NCBI GenBank assembly: GCA_045538335.1 | Contig: JAZSRF010000013.1 | Coordinates: forward strand, 1 to 53,757 | DNA from: Clostridia bacterium | GTDB taxonomy: Bacteria; Bacillota; Clostridia; TANB77; CAG-465 | Length of the DNA stretch: 53,757 bases | Direction: 5' to 3' | Shown: positions 1-10,263 of the stretch, piece after piece | Layout of the letters: each line of letters starts with the position of its first letter | Position numbering within the stretch: position 1 is the first letter of the stretch | Program-made: the position numbers and the translations under genes | Notes under the pieces: model-generated | What the model was told of the DNA's origin: nothing | The model's input: the letters and a program-made list of their open reading frames with translations, nothing else | Database searches by the model: none

Positions 1-93
1 TAAGGTTTGCGTTAGCATGCCCTAAAACATATATTTTATTACATTTTAATATTTATTTGTGTTCCTACCTGAAAATGCAGTTAAAAAGAGAGA

Positions 94-119
94 TGTGAAT
101 GATTTTTACATCATTCACA
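94..119 (-). terminator. Hairpin downstream of 170..493, possible intrinsic terminator
   Basis: Inverted repeat TGTGAATGAT / ATCATTCACA. Confidence 0.45.
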
Positions 120-169
120 CCCCAACTATTGACTTAGAGCCAAAATATGTTTTGATAGTAGGTAAGATT

Positions 170-493
170 CTAAAATAATTGTGCTCCGGGTGTAGTTTTT
201 GCTATAAATGATTTTAAGTCATTCATTGTTTTAAAGTGTAGCGAAGTACAAACAGTTACAAAATCATTAGATTTTGCTTTTGCTAGATCGTGCGTTACAG
301 ATGTAGGCTCATTTGCTATAATTATTCCACCAAATTCTTTTTGGGCAATTTCTAAATTTGTTGTTAAAACAGTAAATATTGATTGTATGCAAATATCTCT
401 ATTTGATTGATTGCTTTTTGAACACGCCGTAATGAATAATGTTGGAAGTGGTGCCATAGCCACTCTATATGAAAACTGAACCGCAAACAACAT
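170..493 (-). CDS. Hypothetical protein, 107 aa
   Basis: ORF with AAGGAG RBS upstream of ATG; no recognisable motif. Confidence 0.6.
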   Translation of the reverse strand: MLFAVQFSYRVAMAPLPTLFITACSKSNQSNRDICIQSIFTVLTTNLEIAQKEFGGIIIANEPTSVTHDLAKAKSNDFVTVCTSLHFKTMNDLKSFIAKTTPGAQLF

Positions 494-592
494 ATATTAT
501 AATCTCCTTATTATTTAATTAATAATAATACTTTATACTAACATATCTATTATATCATAAATTTAACCATATAACAAGAAAAACGCCGATGT

Positions 593-2746
593 CTATACAT
601 CATCAGCGTCTTTATTAACTTTTCGTTTAGTTTTTGTTACCTTTTTTGGCGTTTCTCCTGCTTTAGTTGCTACTTTTTTTGAAGTTCTTTTTACAGTCTT
701 ATTAGGTTTCTCGCCTTGCACAAAATTATCTTCAACAACTTTATACATCCAAGCGGCAGAACCTGTATACCAAGTCCAGCCACCACGGCCTACGTGATTT
801 TCATTAGCATAGACATCTGCTGCAACAACATAAGGTTCAACCATATATATGTCAGCTTTATCTTTAGTATCACTATGATTTATTGGATTTAATATGTGAA
901 GTATATCTAGCGCTTTTTCTGGCTCATCAGTTTCAAAATATGCTTTTGCAAGCCATATAGCACCGTGTGTATACTGTCCACCATTTTCTCTTACTCCAGG
1001 AACATAGGCCTTTATATATCCAGGATTATGTTTAGGATTATCGAAAGGTGGGTTTAGTAGTTTTATTACATTATGTTTTCTATCTACTAAATATTTTTCT
1101 GCAGATTCTAAAGAAGATTTTATCTCATCTTTAGTGTCTGGATACCCCTTTAAAGCAATTGCTGCCCAAGCTTGAGAAATTAAATCTATTTTACATTGTT
1201 CACTATCCGGTGTGCCAAGAGGTGTACCATCTGGGAAAAATGCCCTTGCAAAATAATCTCCAGTCCACGCAGATGCAAATATTGCGTGTTTCAAAACGTG
1301 TCTTTCGCTCATAAAGCGCATCTTATTTACTTCATCCATTTTTAAATCTGCTATTTTTATAAATCTATCTAGTATATCCATCATAAAGAATGTAAGCCAA
1401 ACCGATTCACCTTTTATGTTACTAAATCCATCATTCCAGTCGCCATCGCCTATAGAAAGTAGTCCGCGCCTACCTTTTCTGGATAATCCGTATTTGATAG
1501 CAATAAGTGCGTGGTCATAAATACTTGCTGTATTTTCAGTAGGCGCAAAATAATCATAAAGTTCATCTTTGTCTTCTAATGGTTTATCTTCAAGGAAAGG
1601 AGTTTTTTCTTTTAATATTGACTCATCCCCTGTTTTTAAAATATATTCACTTAATACATATGGCAACCAAAGATAATCATCACTAAAATGTGTTCTTATA
1701 CCTCTGGAATTATGCTCATGCCACCAATGAAGAACATCACCTTGTTCAAATTGTTTTGCGGCATGTTTAATAATTTGAGATCTTGTTCTTTCGGGCCAAG
1801 ATGAAATTAATGCAAGAGAGTCTTGTAGTTGGTCTCTATATCCAAATGCGCCACCCGCTTGATATAGTCCTGTTCTTGCAAACAGTCTTGACGCAATTGC
1901 TTGATACATAAGCCAGCCGTTTGCCATTATATCTACATATTCATTTCCTGTATTAAAATTACGAACTACTTTATTTCTCCAATAAGCTTTTGTATTTTCG
2001 TATTCATCAAATATATTTTTCTCATTATTATATTTGTTTACTACAGCTTGTATTGTTTCCATTCCTTGATCTGTTGCACCAAACAGAATTGCAATAGTTG
2101 CCGTCTGTTCTTTTTTTATCATACACTTAACGCGTACTAATCTTTCTTTTTCATCATATTCTATAGTTCCTTCAGAATCATTTAAAAATAACGCTTTAGC
2201 ATAAGATACTACATTGCTAAAGAACTCATTATATGGATTTTTAAAGTATAACGTATTATTTTCATTTTTGCATAAAACATAGCTACTAGAAACCTCTTTT
2301 GCTACACCCATTACCATATCTGGTCTATACTCAATTACAACTTCTTTATCTAATGCTCTGTTGTTAGTAAGAGTAATATAATGAATTTTAACATCATCAT
2401 TTATTGGGACAAATATGTCCATATTTCTTTCTATGTTTCCAAATTCGCCTTTTACCTTAACATATCCAAAACCATAAGTTAAGTTATATGTGTTATCGAA
2501 AACGCCTTTAAAATGTTCTCCAGGTACGAAATCAGCCCAATCGTTACACCAGTGTGTAAGTTTAAACTCACCTGCATTTTTATAGAAAGAATATACTGTA
2601 CCATAAGTTGAGATTAATGTCCCAAATCTTTCATTTGTTAAAACATTACACCAAGGAAGAGGAGTATGAGTATTTAATATTTCATACTCATCCCCAGCTT
2701 TATTAAATCCACCATATCCGTTAAAAGCCATATATGTTTTATTCAT
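593..2746 (-). CDS. GH94 glycoside phosphorylase; C-terminal part of an NdvB/Cgs-type cyclic beta-1,2-glucan synthase
   Basis: Motifs TPLPWCNVL, YQAGGAFGYRDQLQD, GDWNDG, ENGGQYTHG, GRGGWTWYTGSAAW; own GAGGTG RBS; overlaps upstream gene by 8 nt. Confidence 0.9.
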   Translation of the reverse strand: MNKTYMAFNGYGGFNKAGDEYEILNTHTPLPWCNVLTNERFGTLISTYGTVYSFYKNAGEFKLTHWCNDWADFVPGEHFKGVFDNTYNLTYGFGYVKVKGEFGNIERNMDIFVPINDDVKIHYITLTNNRALDKEVVIEYRPDMVMGVAKEVSSSYVLCKNENNTLYFKNPYNEFFSNVVSYAKALFLNDSEGTIEYDEKERLVRVKCMIKKEQTATIAILFGATDQGMETIQAVVNKYNNEKNIFDEYENTKAYWRNKVVRNFNTGNEYVDIMANGWLMYQAIASRLFARTGLYQAGGAFGYRDQLQDSLALISSWPERTRSQIIKHAAKQFEQGDVLHWWHEHNSRGIRTHFSDDYLWLPYVLSEYILKTGDESILKEKTPFLEDKPLEDKDELYDYFAPTENTASIYDHALIAIKYGLSRKGRRGLLSIGDGDWNDGFSNIKGESVWLTFFMMDILDRFIKIADLKMDEVNKMRFMSERHVLKHAIFASAWTGDYFARAFFPDGTPLGTPDSEQCKIDLISQAWAAIALKGYPDTKDEIKSSLESAEKYLVDRKHNVIKLLNPPFDNPKHNPGYIKAYVPGVRENGGQYTHGAIWLAKAYFETDEPEKALDILHILNPINHSDTKDKADIYMVEPYVVAADVYANENHVGRGGWTWYTGSAAWMYKVVEDNFVQGEKPNKTVKRTSKKVATKAGETPKKVTKTKRKVNKDADDV

Positions 2747-5700
2747 CCGCTTTCACCTCTTCTATTGTTTTTTCTTCCTTGTTTGTTTTTGGCATAAACT
2801 CTTCAATGTCTTTAATAATATGTTTTCCTACCAAATCAAATAATCCTCTTTCATCTTCTGATATATTATTTAAGTTAACTATATATATATTTCCTTTTGT
2901 ATATGACATATATACAACTTTCTTAAGAATATCTTCGATATGTGTCTTTATAGGTTCACCACTGTATAATTCTTCATCTACAAGCAGTACTATATCTACA
3001 TCTACTTTTCTGTATTTTGCATAATCCATAAACGCTATTACTTCATCTACAATAGCAGAATCTTCTAGCCTTCCTATTTTCACTATCATAATTGGTATAT
3101 CGCCAGAAATGCCATATTTCCAAAGCATAGATTGACTAAACGACGCGTTCCAAAAAGCATTTTTGTCCATATCTTTATTTGTTCCAAATAATAGTTTGGC
3201 AATAATATTATTATATGCTTCAGCCTTACCTGGTTTTAGTTTTAGATATTTAGCATTAACATTCTCTTTTTGTACAGCAAACATAGCCTCTTTTTCTAGC
3301 GATTCATAATCTGCATTTACAATAGTATGAGAAATGTTGTATTTGCTGTCTGATGCTCCTGTTAAATAATAGAATGTTTGTGTTTCCCCTGGTTCTAATA
3401 GTATTCTTGCTCTGTATGACATTACAGGCCATAATGGATATTTTACAAATTCACCATCATAAGCATTTTTACCGTTATTAGATACAAGCTTAGATTTTTC
3501 TGTTTCCATTTCATATTCTATGTCTATACCAACTAATTTAGTAAATACATAGAATTCTTCCGATTCATTATTTCTAGAACGTTTTTTTGCAATTAAAGCT
3601 CCAAGATGTTCATCATAATCTTCCTCTATTAAAAGGCTGTTAAACGCTGGGTGAATAATATTTGCTCTTTCTTCTGTCATAGCAAGTTCCAGCTCAGTAT
3701 TAATTACTATTTCTTTTCTTTCACTAGAAGAATTGTATAACGTATATTTGCGTATTTCCATATTATATTTAGGCGCTACACAAATATTTGTTATTGTTTC
3801 TATATCCCCATCCGTTCTTCTATATTCACTAGCCGCAAGCGAATATGCTAGTGAATAACTATCTGGTTCTTTGTAGTTTGGAGCGTATGTTCCAGACCAG
3901 ATTTGACCAGTAGATTTATCTGTAAATATTACTTGGTTTCCAAGTGTAATATCTTTTATGTATCTGTTTTTAGTAATTGCATAATTTTTATAATACATAA
4001 AGTTTGAACCGTCATCTGTAAGTAGTGTACTAATTTTGCCGTTTGTATGAATATTTATCATAGGCATAAGTCTATTTTTAAATTTAGCATAATCTTCATA
4101 AGATATATGACTTGTAAACTCTTCTTTTGCTTGCATAACAAATTTATTTTCTTTAGAGTTCTTATTCTCTTTTAATGGTACTGCAAGCGGTATTCTTTCT
4201 TTTAATAGAATTTCAGCTGCATCAATATTTGGATTTAAGTGGAATCTATTTTGTACTATACCATCATTTATATAGTTGTTAATTGCAGTAAGTATCATAC
4301 CTTGGTGGTGTGCCATATATGTTTTTACCACTTCATATTTTTTATTTTTACCGATATGTGTCTTAGTAAAGTCTATCGCTTCATAAAAACCAAAATTAGA
4401 ATAAGAGTTGTATTTTCTTAATGCTTTTATATTGTGGTACACTTTTTTAGGTGCATATTGTAGACACATAAGTGATGAATATGGCGAAACAACCATATTA
4501 TCGTTCAAGCCACGTTTTAGCCCAAGCCAAGGTATTCCAAACGCTTTATATTGGTAATTTTGCTCGTTATCTTGAAGCGCAAATGCTGATTCAGATACAC
4601 CCCAAGGGACATTTGCTATTCTTGCATAGTTTATTTGGCTATCTAATGCAAAACTTAAAGATTCATCAACTAGTGTATATTTATATGTTTTAGTAAACAA
4701 ATTTGGCATAAAGTATTCAAAACAAGTTCCACTCCAAGATATAAGTCCTTTTGAGCCATTTATCTTGACAAGGTTACGAGCCAGTGCAAACCAGTGTTTA
4801 GAAGTTATTTGAGATGTTGCTATTGCTATTAAACTTGTAAGTCTTGATTCAGACATTAACATATCATAGTAGCTATCTACTAACTTATTTGCCTCTAAAT
4901 CATATCCTATAGAGAATATGTTTCTAGATTTAACATATAGTTTTGTAAAATCTACTTCATCTATAATCTCTCTACATAGTCCAAGCATTTGATCTACTTG
5001 TGTGTGTAGTTTTTCTATAACTATTTTAGATTTAGCTAGTTTCTTTAAGAATATCTCAGCAACGTATATACTAGCTATAAAGTTACCACTATCTACAGTA
5101 GATACAAATCTAGGCCTTAATGGTTCTAAGTTTCTAGTATTATACCAGTTATATAAATGTCCATTCCATTTCGGTAATTTTTTAACAGTATTCATTATAT
5201 TATGTAATTTGTTTACTGCCTCTTCTAATGGAATATATTCAAGGTCATACGCATTAATTATTGCCATTATTCCATATCCTATATTTGTTGATGAAGTTCT
5301 ACCAACAACTTTAGGGCGTCTATTTTCTTGATAGTTATCTGGTGGTAAGAAGTTGCTTGCTTCATTCATTGTACTATCAAAAAACTTCCAAGTTCTTCTT
5401 CCTATTTCTAATATGTCTTGTTTTTCTTTGTTATCTAATTTACCAGCAGATTCAAATATAACCTTTTTACTCATTATATATGCTGCGTAAGGTGCTATTA
5501 ATATAAAGGCTGTAAATATTAATGTAAATACATATCTACCATAAGAAAAACCATTTAGTGCTACCATTGCAAGTAATAATGCACCATATATAACATTTGG
5601 CATCATATTTTTATATACATACGGTAATTTCTCTTTTGCTCCTTTTTCAATTGTTTCTGCTGTAGCCCATTCTAGAAGTTTTTTCTTTGAAATAAACATT

Positions 5701-8273
5701 CTATATAATGATGTGCAGAATGCATTTAATGTTGTCCACGCCTTATATGGTAATGTAATTATATTAAATACCATTTTTAAAAGATTTGCTCTTAATCCAT
5801 AAATTACAGGTATATATTGTTTTTGCTTTCTTTCTGCATTTTTTCCAAATAACAGTTGGTCTATTACAGATAGAATATATCCGAAATTCATTACCACAAA
5901 TGTAACTATTACGGAATATGTAAAGCTATTTCCAGGTATAAACAATGTAACTATTAATAGTAACATTGCAAGGATATCTAGAGACTCTCTTCTTAGGTTA
6001 TCAAAAATTTTCCAGCGAGATAATAAATTAAGTCCGCTCTTCGGTCTAAACAACCAAGAAATTATTTGCATATCTCCTCTAAACCATCTGTGGTTTCTCT
6101 TCATATACGCAATAAAGTTTGATGGGAACCCATCTTGCACTTCTACATCTGATGCAAGCCCCGTTCTCATAAAACTACCTTCTAAAAGGTCATGACTTAG
6201 TATAAGATTTTCTGGAACTTTATCACCGATTAGTTTATCAAAAAGTTCAATATCATAAATACCTTTTCCTGTGTAAATAGCCTCTTTAAACAGGTCTTGA
6301 TATACATTAGATATAGCATTTGTATAAATATCTAGACCTCCAAATCCTCCAAATACTTTAGAGAATATGCTGCTATTTGCAGATTCTATGTCTAATCCTA
6401 CCGCTGGTTGTATCAGTCCATATCCGGATTTTACTGTCTTACCATTTTTAGTAAGCACTGGTTTGTTTAATGGATGTGAAATAATAGCAACTAGTTCCTT
6501 AGCAGAATTAAGAGATAAAGATGTATCTTCATCTATAGTTATCATATATTTAACTTCAGGAATATCTCTGTGAACTAAATACATACTGTTTGCAATTTGT
6601 CCTTCTGAAAGTTTATTTAGAAGTAATGAGTTTAACTCTGTTAAAGCTCCACGCTTTCTCTCCCATCCCATATAGCAACCTTCAGATTCAGAATATACTC
6701 TTTTTCTATATAAGAAATTAAATAGTTTTTGCTCTGATGGATACTTTTCGTTTAACTCATCTATTAGCTTTTTACCATATTTAACTACTTTTTGGTCTAG
6801 ATCAATGTATTCCTTATCACTAGATGTACAGTCTCCTAAAAGCATATAGTACATATTTTCAGAACGGTTAGCAAGATACGTTATTTCCATTTTTCTTATC
6901 ATCTTGTCTAATTTTTCTGTAGAATTTATCACTGTTGGCATAGCTATCATTGTGCTTGTTTCTTTGTCTATTGTTTTAGCAAAATTAAATCTAGGAAGTG
7001 GTTCTGGTCTTACAAACTTTCCAACAAAATATGCTATTGTTTTATCTGCAATTTCCATTCCGAATGCAAATAATACTACATCTATCATAACCCTATAAAA
7101 CAAGCTAAAATTACCTATAAACACCCTATCTACAAATACTGTAAATAATGCAGCTAGTGCAAGTATAGACAGAATGTATATATATGACTTAATAGGTCTA
7201 AATATATAATTGTGAAACATTATCCCAAAAGTACTCTTTTTCATTATCTTTATTAAAAGTACTTTATCTTCTCCAATTAGGAAATGACCAACGTGTTTTT
7301 CGTATTTATATGAACATTCAACCGCTTTCTTGGCAATGTACATTTCAGAAACCTTATATTTCTTCGCAAGCTGTATTATTGTATGTCTGTATCTAGCTTT
7401 AGTTTTGTGGTCACATTTAATGTACTCTTTAGTGTAATCCTCTTTTAATATTTCATCTATTCTGTTTACGTTAACTATTACATCTCCCCAGTTAGTTGAT
7501 GCAACTGTTTTCATAGACATTATTGAATTAGATATAAGGTTTGTAGTTTTAGCTATTTCATCATGTTCTTTTTCTATTGCTTCATCTATAGTAAATCCTG
7601 TTTTAGTAGTTTCCTCTTTGAACTCTTCAAAAAACTCTTCTCCCTTAGCGCCTAAATCTTTTAGTCTATATGCCATATATTCTATATATGCCGTATTGCT
7701 AGTTTTGACACCTGTATTTACAGTAAGTTCATCTTTTATTCTACCAATGCTTTTTAGAGATTTTGTAGTTATTCTATCTGCATATCTAGATACAGATTTA
7801 TTAAGTCTTTTTTCAACCTTTAGCTTTTGCATTTCAGCATTAAATATATTAATACAAACTCTTTTTATATATTTAATAAGAGCCACTCTAATCATTATTG
7901 GAAGAACAGATAATTCTTCGAATGTTACATATGTATTTTTTTGAAACTCTCTAACGTAGTTACTTACTATTCCATCATCTACAATTCCATAATTACGATT
8001 TACTATTTCATCAGCCATAAACATTATTCTTAAGCTTTGTTTAGCATCTGTAGGCTTTACAGCAGGCATTCCCACTTTAACCTCGAAACGTAATGCGTTT
8101 TTTGCTACATTATATTCCTGTTCTATAATATACATATTATCTAATAGCCATTGTCCTGCAGAATGTGAAGGTATTTTTAAATCGCTATTCATATTAAGCA
8201 AGTCATAAGTGGCTTTAATTATTTTAAAAGCATTCTTTAATTCATAGTCCATTTCAAATAAGAATTCTTGCAT
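2739..8273 (-). CDS. ndvB: Cyclic beta-1,2-glucan synthase NdvB/Cgs-like (GT84 glycosyltransferase, TM helices, transglycosylase domain, first GH94 beta-sandwich)
   Basis: Motifs WLLDN, GWERKRG, SHDLLEG, RNHRWFRGDMQ, PPDNYQE, RTSSTNIG, GHLYNWY, VSTVDSGN, PWGVSES, MAHHQGM. Confidence 0.88.
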   Translation of the reverse strand: MQEFLFEMDYELKNAFKIIKATYDLLNMNSDLKIPSHSAGQWLLDNMYIIEQEYNVAKNALRFEVKVGMPAVKPTDAKQSLRIMFMADEIVNRNYGIVDDGIVSNYVREFQKNTYVTFEELSVLPIMIRVALIKYIKRVCINIFNAEMQKLKVEKRLNKSVSRYADRITTKSLKSIGRIKDELTVNTGVKTSNTAYIEYMAYRLKDLGAKGEEFFEEFKEETTKTGFTIDEAIEKEHDEIAKTTNLISNSIMSMKTVASTNWGDVIVNVNRIDEILKEDYTKEYIKCDHKTKARYRHTIIQLAKKYKVSEMYIAKKAVECSYKYEKHVGHFLIGEDKVLLIKIMKKSTFGIMFHNYIFRPIKSYIYILSILALAALFTVFVDRVFIGNFSLFYRVMIDVVLFAFGMEIADKTIAYFVGKFVRPEPLPRFNFAKTIDKETSTMIAMPTVINSTEKLDKMIRKMEITYLANRSENMYYMLLGDCTSSDKEYIDLDQKVVKYGKKLIDELNEKYPSEQKLFNFLYRKRVYSESEGCYMGWERKRGALTELNSLLLNKLSEGQIANSMYLVHRDIPEVKYMITIDEDTSLSLNSAKELVAIISHPLNKPVLTKNGKTVKSGYGLIQPAVGLDIESANSSIFSKVFGGFGGLDIYTNAISNVYQDLFKEAIYTGKGIYDIELFDKLIGDKVPENLILSHDLLEGSFMRTGLASDVEVQDGFPSNFIAYMKRNHRWFRGDMQIISWLFRPKSGLNLLSRWKIFDNLRRESLDILAMLLLIVTLFIPGNSFTYSVIVTFVVMNFGYILSVIDQLLFGKNAERKQKQYIPVIYGLRANLLKMVFNIITLPYKAWTTLNAFCTSLYRMFISKKKLLEWATAETIEKGAKEKLPYVYKNMMPNVIYGALLLAMVALNGFSYGRYVFTLIFTAFILIAPYAAYIMSKKVIFESAGKLDNKEKQDILEIGRRTWKFFDSTMNEASNFLPPDNYQENRRPKVVGRTSSTNIGYGIMAIINAYDLEYIPLEEAVNKLHNIMNTVKKLPKWNGHLYNWYNTRNLEPLRPRFVSTVDSGNFIASIYVAEIFLKKLAKSKIVIEKLHTQVDQMLGLCREIIDEVDFTKLYVKSRNIFSIGYDLEANKLVDSYYDMLMSESRLTSLIAIATSQITSKHWFALARNLVKINGSKGLISWSGTCFEYFMPNLFTKTYKYTLVDESLSFALDSQINYARIANVPWGVSESAFALQDNEQNYQYKAFGIPWLGLKRGLNDNMVVSPYSSLMCLQYAPKKVYHNIKALRKYNSYSNFGFYEAIDFTKTHIGKNKKYEVVKTYMAHHQGMILTAINNYINDGIVQNRFHLNPNIDAAEILLKERIPLAVPLKENKNSKENKFVMQAKEEFTSHISYEDYAKFKNRLMPMINIHTNGKISTLLTDDGSNFMYYKNYAITKNRYIKDITLGNQVIFTDKSTGQIWSGTYAPNYKEPDSYSLAYSLAASEYRRTDGDIETITNICVAPKYNMEIRKYTLYNSSSERKEIVINTELELAMTEERANIIHPAFNSLLIEEDYDEHLGALIAKKRSRNNESEEFYVFTKLVGIDIEYEMETEKSKLVSNNGKNAYDGEFVKYPLWPVMSYRARILLEPGETQTFYYLTGASDSKYNISHTIVNADYESLEKEAMFAVQKENVNAKYLKLKPGKAEAYNNIIAKLLFGTNKDMDKNAFWNASFSQSMLWKYGISGDIPIMIVKIGRLEDSAIVDEVIAFMDYAKYRKVDVDIVLLVDEELYSGEPIKTHIEDILKKVVYMSYTKGNIYIVNLNNISEDERGLFDLVGKHIIKDIEEFMPKTNKEEKTIEEVKADE

Positions 8274-8365
8274 ATTTTCACCTCTTAAATATTCAGTTCG
8301 ATTATATACTAAACAGATTATATTTTCAAGCTTTTTTCTAGTTTATTTAGCGTTTATTTTGTAGC

Positions 8366-8392
8366 AAAAAGGCACGGAAATTCCGTGCCTTT
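8366..8392 (-). terminator. Rho-independent terminator after 8398..8883
   Basis: AAAGGCACGGAA / TTCCGTGCCTTT stem followed by a U-tract on the minus strand. Confidence 0.8.
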
Positions 8393-8397
8393 ATATA

Positions 8398-8883
8398 TTA
8401 TTTCTTTTGCTTTTTTGAACAAGCTTTCCTTCTCTTTATATACATAACCAATGCATATACTAAAACGGGAATATACAATACCAAAAGTACCACATATGAC
8501 AGCAAATAACCAAATCCAAATGTTGCCACTGCAACAAAAATGCTAACAATTATATTCGACCCCAACCTGTTGTCAACAATTGTAGCATTTACATAATTAT
8601 TGTTTTCATCAAAAAACGCTTTAAGACTGTGTTTATCTCCTCTTAAGGTTACAGTAATGCCATCTGCTCTAGTAGCTATATCTGCATTTTGCAATTTATA
8701 GACACCAGAAATATCCTGCTTTACTGTTTCTAACTGCTCGTAGTGATGTTCTAGTTCTGTAGAATCTACCGGAACTGTCATCTCAACAATTATAAAAATA
8801 AGCATAGCTAATGCACACAACATCGCGATGACAGTCTGCCAAACATCAAACTTGTTTTCTAAATAATTCGTATACTTTTCCAT
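8398..8883 (-). CDS. Hypothetical two-TM membrane protein (paralog family A)
   Basis: AAGGAG RBS; N- and C-terminal hydrophobic helices, basic tail; similar to 9119..9628 and 9625..10104. Confidence 0.8.
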   Translation of the reverse strand: MEKYTNYLENKFDVWQTVIAMLCALAMLIFIIVEMTVPVDSTELEHHYEQLETVKQDISGVYKLQNADIATRADGITVTLRGDKHSLKAFFDENNNYVNATIVDNRLGSNIIVSIFVAVATFGFGYLLSYVVLLVLYIPVLVYALVMYIKRRKACSKKQKK

Positions 8884-9006
8884 TTAGCCTATCTCCTTAA
8901 AATTTATATTTTAAACTATTGTCATATCTCGCTAATGGGAATAACTAATTCTACACTTCATCTCCTTATAAATTATTATTAGGGACACATCAAATAGTTC
9001 GTATAT

Positions 9007-9035
9007 ATTATATATCAGCAACAGTCTATTGTCAA
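9007..9035 (-). promoter_or_regulatory. Consensus sigmaA promoter for 8398..8883
   Basis: TTGACA-17 nt-TATAAT on the minus strand. Confidence 0.8.
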
Positions 9036-9080
9036 TATTCAGAAACTTTTGTAAACATAAATATTACTAAATATAAAATA

Positions 9081-9105
9081 GGGAGCGTGAATACATCACA
9101 CTCCC
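9081..9105 (-). terminator. Terminator after 9119..9628
   Basis: GGGAGTGTGA / TCACGCTCCC stem followed by TATTTT. Confidence 0.7.
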
Positions 9106-9118
9106 CCATAAGGTTATT

Positions 9119-9628
9119 TCAAACCACAACTTCGACGTCAACAGCCTTTTCTTTGGCTTTTTTTCTTAATTCCTTTCTTGCTTTCCTTCTGTCAGCCGCA
9201 AATTTTATATCATCTGCTATATCGCCTACTGTAAGGCAGAAAACTACAATAGCAAATATAACAACTATTCCTTCTCCAATACAAGCAAAGGTATAACCAG
9301 CAACTGCATCTTCTGTTTTATCAACAGTTTCTAATGATAGAACTTTGAGCTCTCTATTTAGCTCTACCTCTAATTTGCAGTATTTACCAGATATAGTAAG
9401 ACTTATATTTTCACCCATTTGTAAGCTTACATTATTATCAGAAAGTACATAAGAAAAATCTTGCTTGATCTGCTCTAGCGTTTGATTATGCACTTCCATC
9501 TCTTGTTCTACCAGCTGTTTTCTATCCTGTTTAATTGCAGGTAATGTAAAAAAGAAAAATAGAAAAAGCATGCCAGCTACAAGGATAAGTGCAGTAATAA
9601 TTTTTAATATGTTTTTAAAAAAATTCAT
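9119..9628 (-). CDS. Hypothetical two-TM membrane protein (paralog family A), C-terminus EVVV
   Basis: GGAG RBS; ATGA overlap with upstream gene; shared LE.IKQDFS motif. Confidence 0.8.
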   Translation of the reverse strand: MNFFKNILKIITALILVAGMLFLFFFFTLPAIKQDRKQLVEQEMEVHNQTLEQIKQDFSYVLSDNNVSLQMGENISLTISGKYCKLEVELNRELKVLSLETVDKTEDAVAGYTFACIGEGIVVIFAIVVFCLTVGDIADDIKFAADRRKARKELRKKAKEKAVDVEVVV

Positions 9629-10104
9629 TCTGCAGTCTCTCCTCTTGCTTTTTTCTGCTTGTGTTTTATCAGCCTTTCCTCAACCATAGTCACAACTAAA
9701 TAAAGTAAGGCAAGTAAAAATCCCGATGTTGTAAACGTACAAATGCCCATAAATATCACAACTAATACACTTAACAAAAAATCTTTTCCAATCCGTGTAT
9801 CTTTAAGCTCTTTTGTCAACACTTCGCCATCTTTGCTGTACTTCACTGTAAGTTCGCAATCGTTGGATGTGAATATAAAGACAGTATCATCTTCATTAAT
9901 ATAGCATGTAACACCACTTAGTACTTTAGCATTAGAGAAATCCTCACCTACCAAGCGTTCTTTTTCATACAAATCAGCAATTTGGTTTTCAACGTCTCTT
10001 GATGCATCAGTGAAAAGGGCGGTACCTGTTATAGCAATAGCTATTATCACAAGAAGTGTTATAATAGCAAAAGAGTATTTATCTAAAAACTTACTAACTC
10101 TCAT
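9625..10104 (-). CDS. Hypothetical two-TM membrane protein (paralog family A)
   Basis: GAGGTGG RBS favours ATG at 10104 over GTG at 10113; two TM helices. Confidence 0.8.
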   Translation of the reverse strand: MRVSKFLDKYSFAIITLLVIIAIAITGTALFTDASRDVENQIADLYEKERLVGEDFSNAKVLSGVTCYINEDDTVFIFTSNDCELTVKYSKDGEVLTKELKDTRIGKDFLLSVLVVIFMGICTFTTSGFLLALLYLVVTMVEERLIKHKQKKARGETAE

Positions 10105-10116
10105 TTCTACCACCTC

Positions 10117-10239
10117 TTACTTAATATTAGCTTTTACATACCTTCTGTGTCTCATCTTGTAATCAACAAGTCCCAGCAAAGCCCCCAATACGGCCAAAAT
10201 CGTTAAAATGCTCCCACAAATTATAACCATTTTTTTCAT
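10117..10239 (-). CDS. Small single-TM protein, 40 aa
   Basis: GAGGAG RBS before ATG at 10239; MKKMVIICGSILTILAVLGALLGLVDYKMRHRRYVKANIK; first gene after a consensus promoter. Confidence 0.7.
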   Translation of the reverse strand: MKKMVIICGSILTILAVLGALLGLVDYKMRHRRYVKANIK

Positions 10240-10263
10240 AACCACATTCTCCTCATAAAATAT

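Noticed and set aside
2734-2760. ndvB split as a frameshift or assembly error
   Set aside because: The downstream ORF has its own RBS and ATG with a typical coupled overlap.
9780-9800. CGG reassigned to another amino acid, or an obligatory frameshift codon
   Set aside because: The in-frame CGG in KDTRIG aligns with Arg in the paralog (VDNRLG), and the frame continues normally.
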